From positions 1 to 16,251 of the forward strand of contig JAGQQQ010000074.1 in assembly GCA_020426125.1 (NCBI GenBank): DNA of 16,251 bases, read 5' to 3'. The stretch comes from Planctomycetaceae bacterium. GTDB lineage: Bacteria > Planctomycetota > Planctomycetia > Planctomycetales > Planctomycetaceae. Under the pieces are notes generated by a model. The model had not been told where the DNA came from, made no database searches, and saw only the letters and a program-made list of their open reading frames with translations. Shown here one piece after another: positions 15,074 to 16,251 of the stretch (within the stretch, counting starts at the first letter, position 1; each line of letters begins with the position of its first letter). The translations under genes and the position numbers were made by a program.

Positions 15074-16251
15074 ATGTCTGACCAACCGAAAGCGCCGGCT
15101 CAATTGGAGTCGGGGACTTATGAGATTCTTCGCAACCGTCTCCGCGGGCATGGGGACGATTTGCGTTCTCGCTTGAACCAGCTGAACTCCAGTCGGAAGG
15201 AGGTCTTCGGGTCGATCGACCTGAAGCTGCTCAACACCGAGCGGGTGACCACCGAGCACAACTGCGTCCCTCGCGATATGGTCGCCTTCGGCAACAAGTT
15301 CCTCTTTGGCTACAACGTCTACTTCGGCCTCAAGACCGAGCGCAATATCAGCGACGTCTTCGCGATCTACACCTTCGACGAAGAATCACACACCTTTCAG
15401 GAAGGTTCCCTCGCGACGCTCCAGGATGCCCGGTTCCAGAAGGACTTCCAGGACGTCTACCGATACTACAAAGACGCAACATTTGCGAAGTTCTTTGTGA
15501 ACGGCCCGCACCTGTACTTTGTCTTTCAGGTGGGCAAGAACGCCAATGACTTTAAGGCGTTCAAATGGCTCATTCGCGGCGACGAACTTCAATACCTCGA
15601 CAATCGTAGCGACCACGAGGTGAAGAACCCGCCGCAACATGAGTTTGAATGGAAGCGGACCACCCGTGATTCCCAGCGACACGGAGCCCACCCGCACGTC
15701 TCCATTGAGGACCGGCTCTTCGTCGAGACGGTCGGCGGCGACCTCACCATCAAGATTGAAAACAATACCAACAGCGGCGAAGGGATCTACGCCGAGCCGG
15801 TCGATGATCCCGATCAAACGCTTGACGACGCGGAGATCTACTATGCGATCGTTGGCAGCCTCATTCTTTTGAAGATCCGCCCCTACCAGGAAAGCAAGTG
15901 GCGGTACATCCTGTACAACGAAAAGCTCGAAAAGGCCCAACGACTCGACGCCATTCAAGATGCGTGTGTATTGCTCCCGGATGACCATGGCCTCATCTTC
16001 GCGAACGGCTACTATCTCCAGACCGGCGAACAGAAGGTCTTTGACACATCCATTCAGGGACTGAATTTCGAGCGACGGATCATCTCCCCCAATGGCGAAG
16101 ACACGCTGTTCGTCTTCTATCAGCCCGAACAGGGAGCCTACGTGCTGCTGGGCTATAACGTGATTTCCCAGTCGGTCGAGACGCCGATCATCTGCCATGG
16201 ATTTACGATGTTCCATGGCGGGCAGATGACGCTGTTCAAGGCCCATCACGA
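15074..16251 (+). CDS. Large conserved-looking hypothetical protein, N-terminal 392 aa only (continues past the window end)
   Basis: ATG at 15074. The frame stays open to the last base with strong GC3 bias and a globular, aromatic-rich composition (YNVYFGLKTERNISDVFAIYTFDEE...). The antisense 287-aa ORF 15386..16249 was rejected as an artefact. Confidence 0.65.
   Translation, partial: MSDQPKAPAQLESGTYEILRNRLRGHGDDLRSRLNQLNSSRKEVFGSIDLKLLNTERVTTEHNCVPRDMVAFGNKFLFGYNVYFGLKTERNISDVFAIYTFDEESHTFQEGSLATLQDARFQKDFQDVYRYYKDATFAKFFVNGPHLYFVFQVGKNANDFKAFKWLIRGDELQYLDNRSDHEVKNPPQHEFEWKRTTRDSQRHGAHPHVSIEDRLFVETVGGDLTIKIENNTNSGEGIYAEPVDDPDQTLDDAEIYYAIVGSLILLKIRPYQESKWRYILYNEKLEKAQRLDAIQDACVLLPDDHGLIFANGYYLQTGEQKVFDTSIQGLNFERRIISPNGEDTLFVFYQPEQGAYVLLGYNVISQSVETPIICHGFTMFHGGQMTLFKAHH

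Noticed and set aside
15386-16249. 287-aa minus-strand ORF overlapping the terminal + strand gene
   Set aside because: The + frame shows strong GC3 periodicity and a balanced, globular composition. The minus frame has the V/L/E/R-rich look of an antisense shadow ORF.
1-16251. CRISPR arrays, IS elements/transposases, integrases, tRNA/rRNA genes
   Set aside because: No arrays of regularly spaced direct repeats, no transposase or integrase-like ORFs, and no terminal inverted repeats flanking a gene. No tRNA cloverleaf signatures found on manual scanning. The only repeats are the in-frame coiled-coil codon repeats inside the flotillin gene.

Overview
High-GC window, most likely from a Planctomycetes-type chromosome, holding about 15 genes with no mobile elements, CRISPR arrays, tRNA or rRNA genes. 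It reads as mostly ordinary chromosome, but the right-hand third looks like horizontally acquired accessory DNA. Left to right, the window contains the following.

- A secreted PQQ-type beta-propeller protein (-).
- A polar-amino-acid-type ABC ATPase with no permease partner in the window (-).
- Three co-oriented genes of unknown function: a DUF4442-like hotdog-fold protein and two polytopic membrane proteins (+).
- A PfkB sugar kinase and an alternate-type citramalate synthase, cimA (-).
- A DUF1570-like secreted protein with an HExxH motif (-).
- A long leader followed by an NfeD/YqiJ-like gene and an unusually long flotillin (SPFH) gene (+).
- A four-gene + strand array crossing a low-GC patch: a PD-(D/E)xK-like protein, a truncated P-loop kinase-like ORF, a GxxExxY (PDDEXK_3) protein, and a large aromatic-rich protein that runs off the window end.

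The most interesting signal is in the 470-bp leader upstream of cimA on the minus strand. It has a sigma70-like promoter, then a 27-codon ORF with 8 isoleucine codons, then about 20 nt later a GC hairpin followed by a U-tract. That layout matches a ribosome-mediated isoleucine attenuator on the first enzyme of the threonine-independent isoleucine pathway.

Two further points for follow-up. The NfeD-flotillin pair has a 560-bp leader carrying a perfect palindrome over a -10-like box. The low-GC patch (about 13850-14510) carries two PD-(D/E)xK-family genes around a P-loop fragment whose stop overlaps the next start in an ATGA.

I read several long antisense ORFs as artefacts of GC3-rich coding strands. 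The clearest is a 752-aa ORF opposite the flotillin gene.
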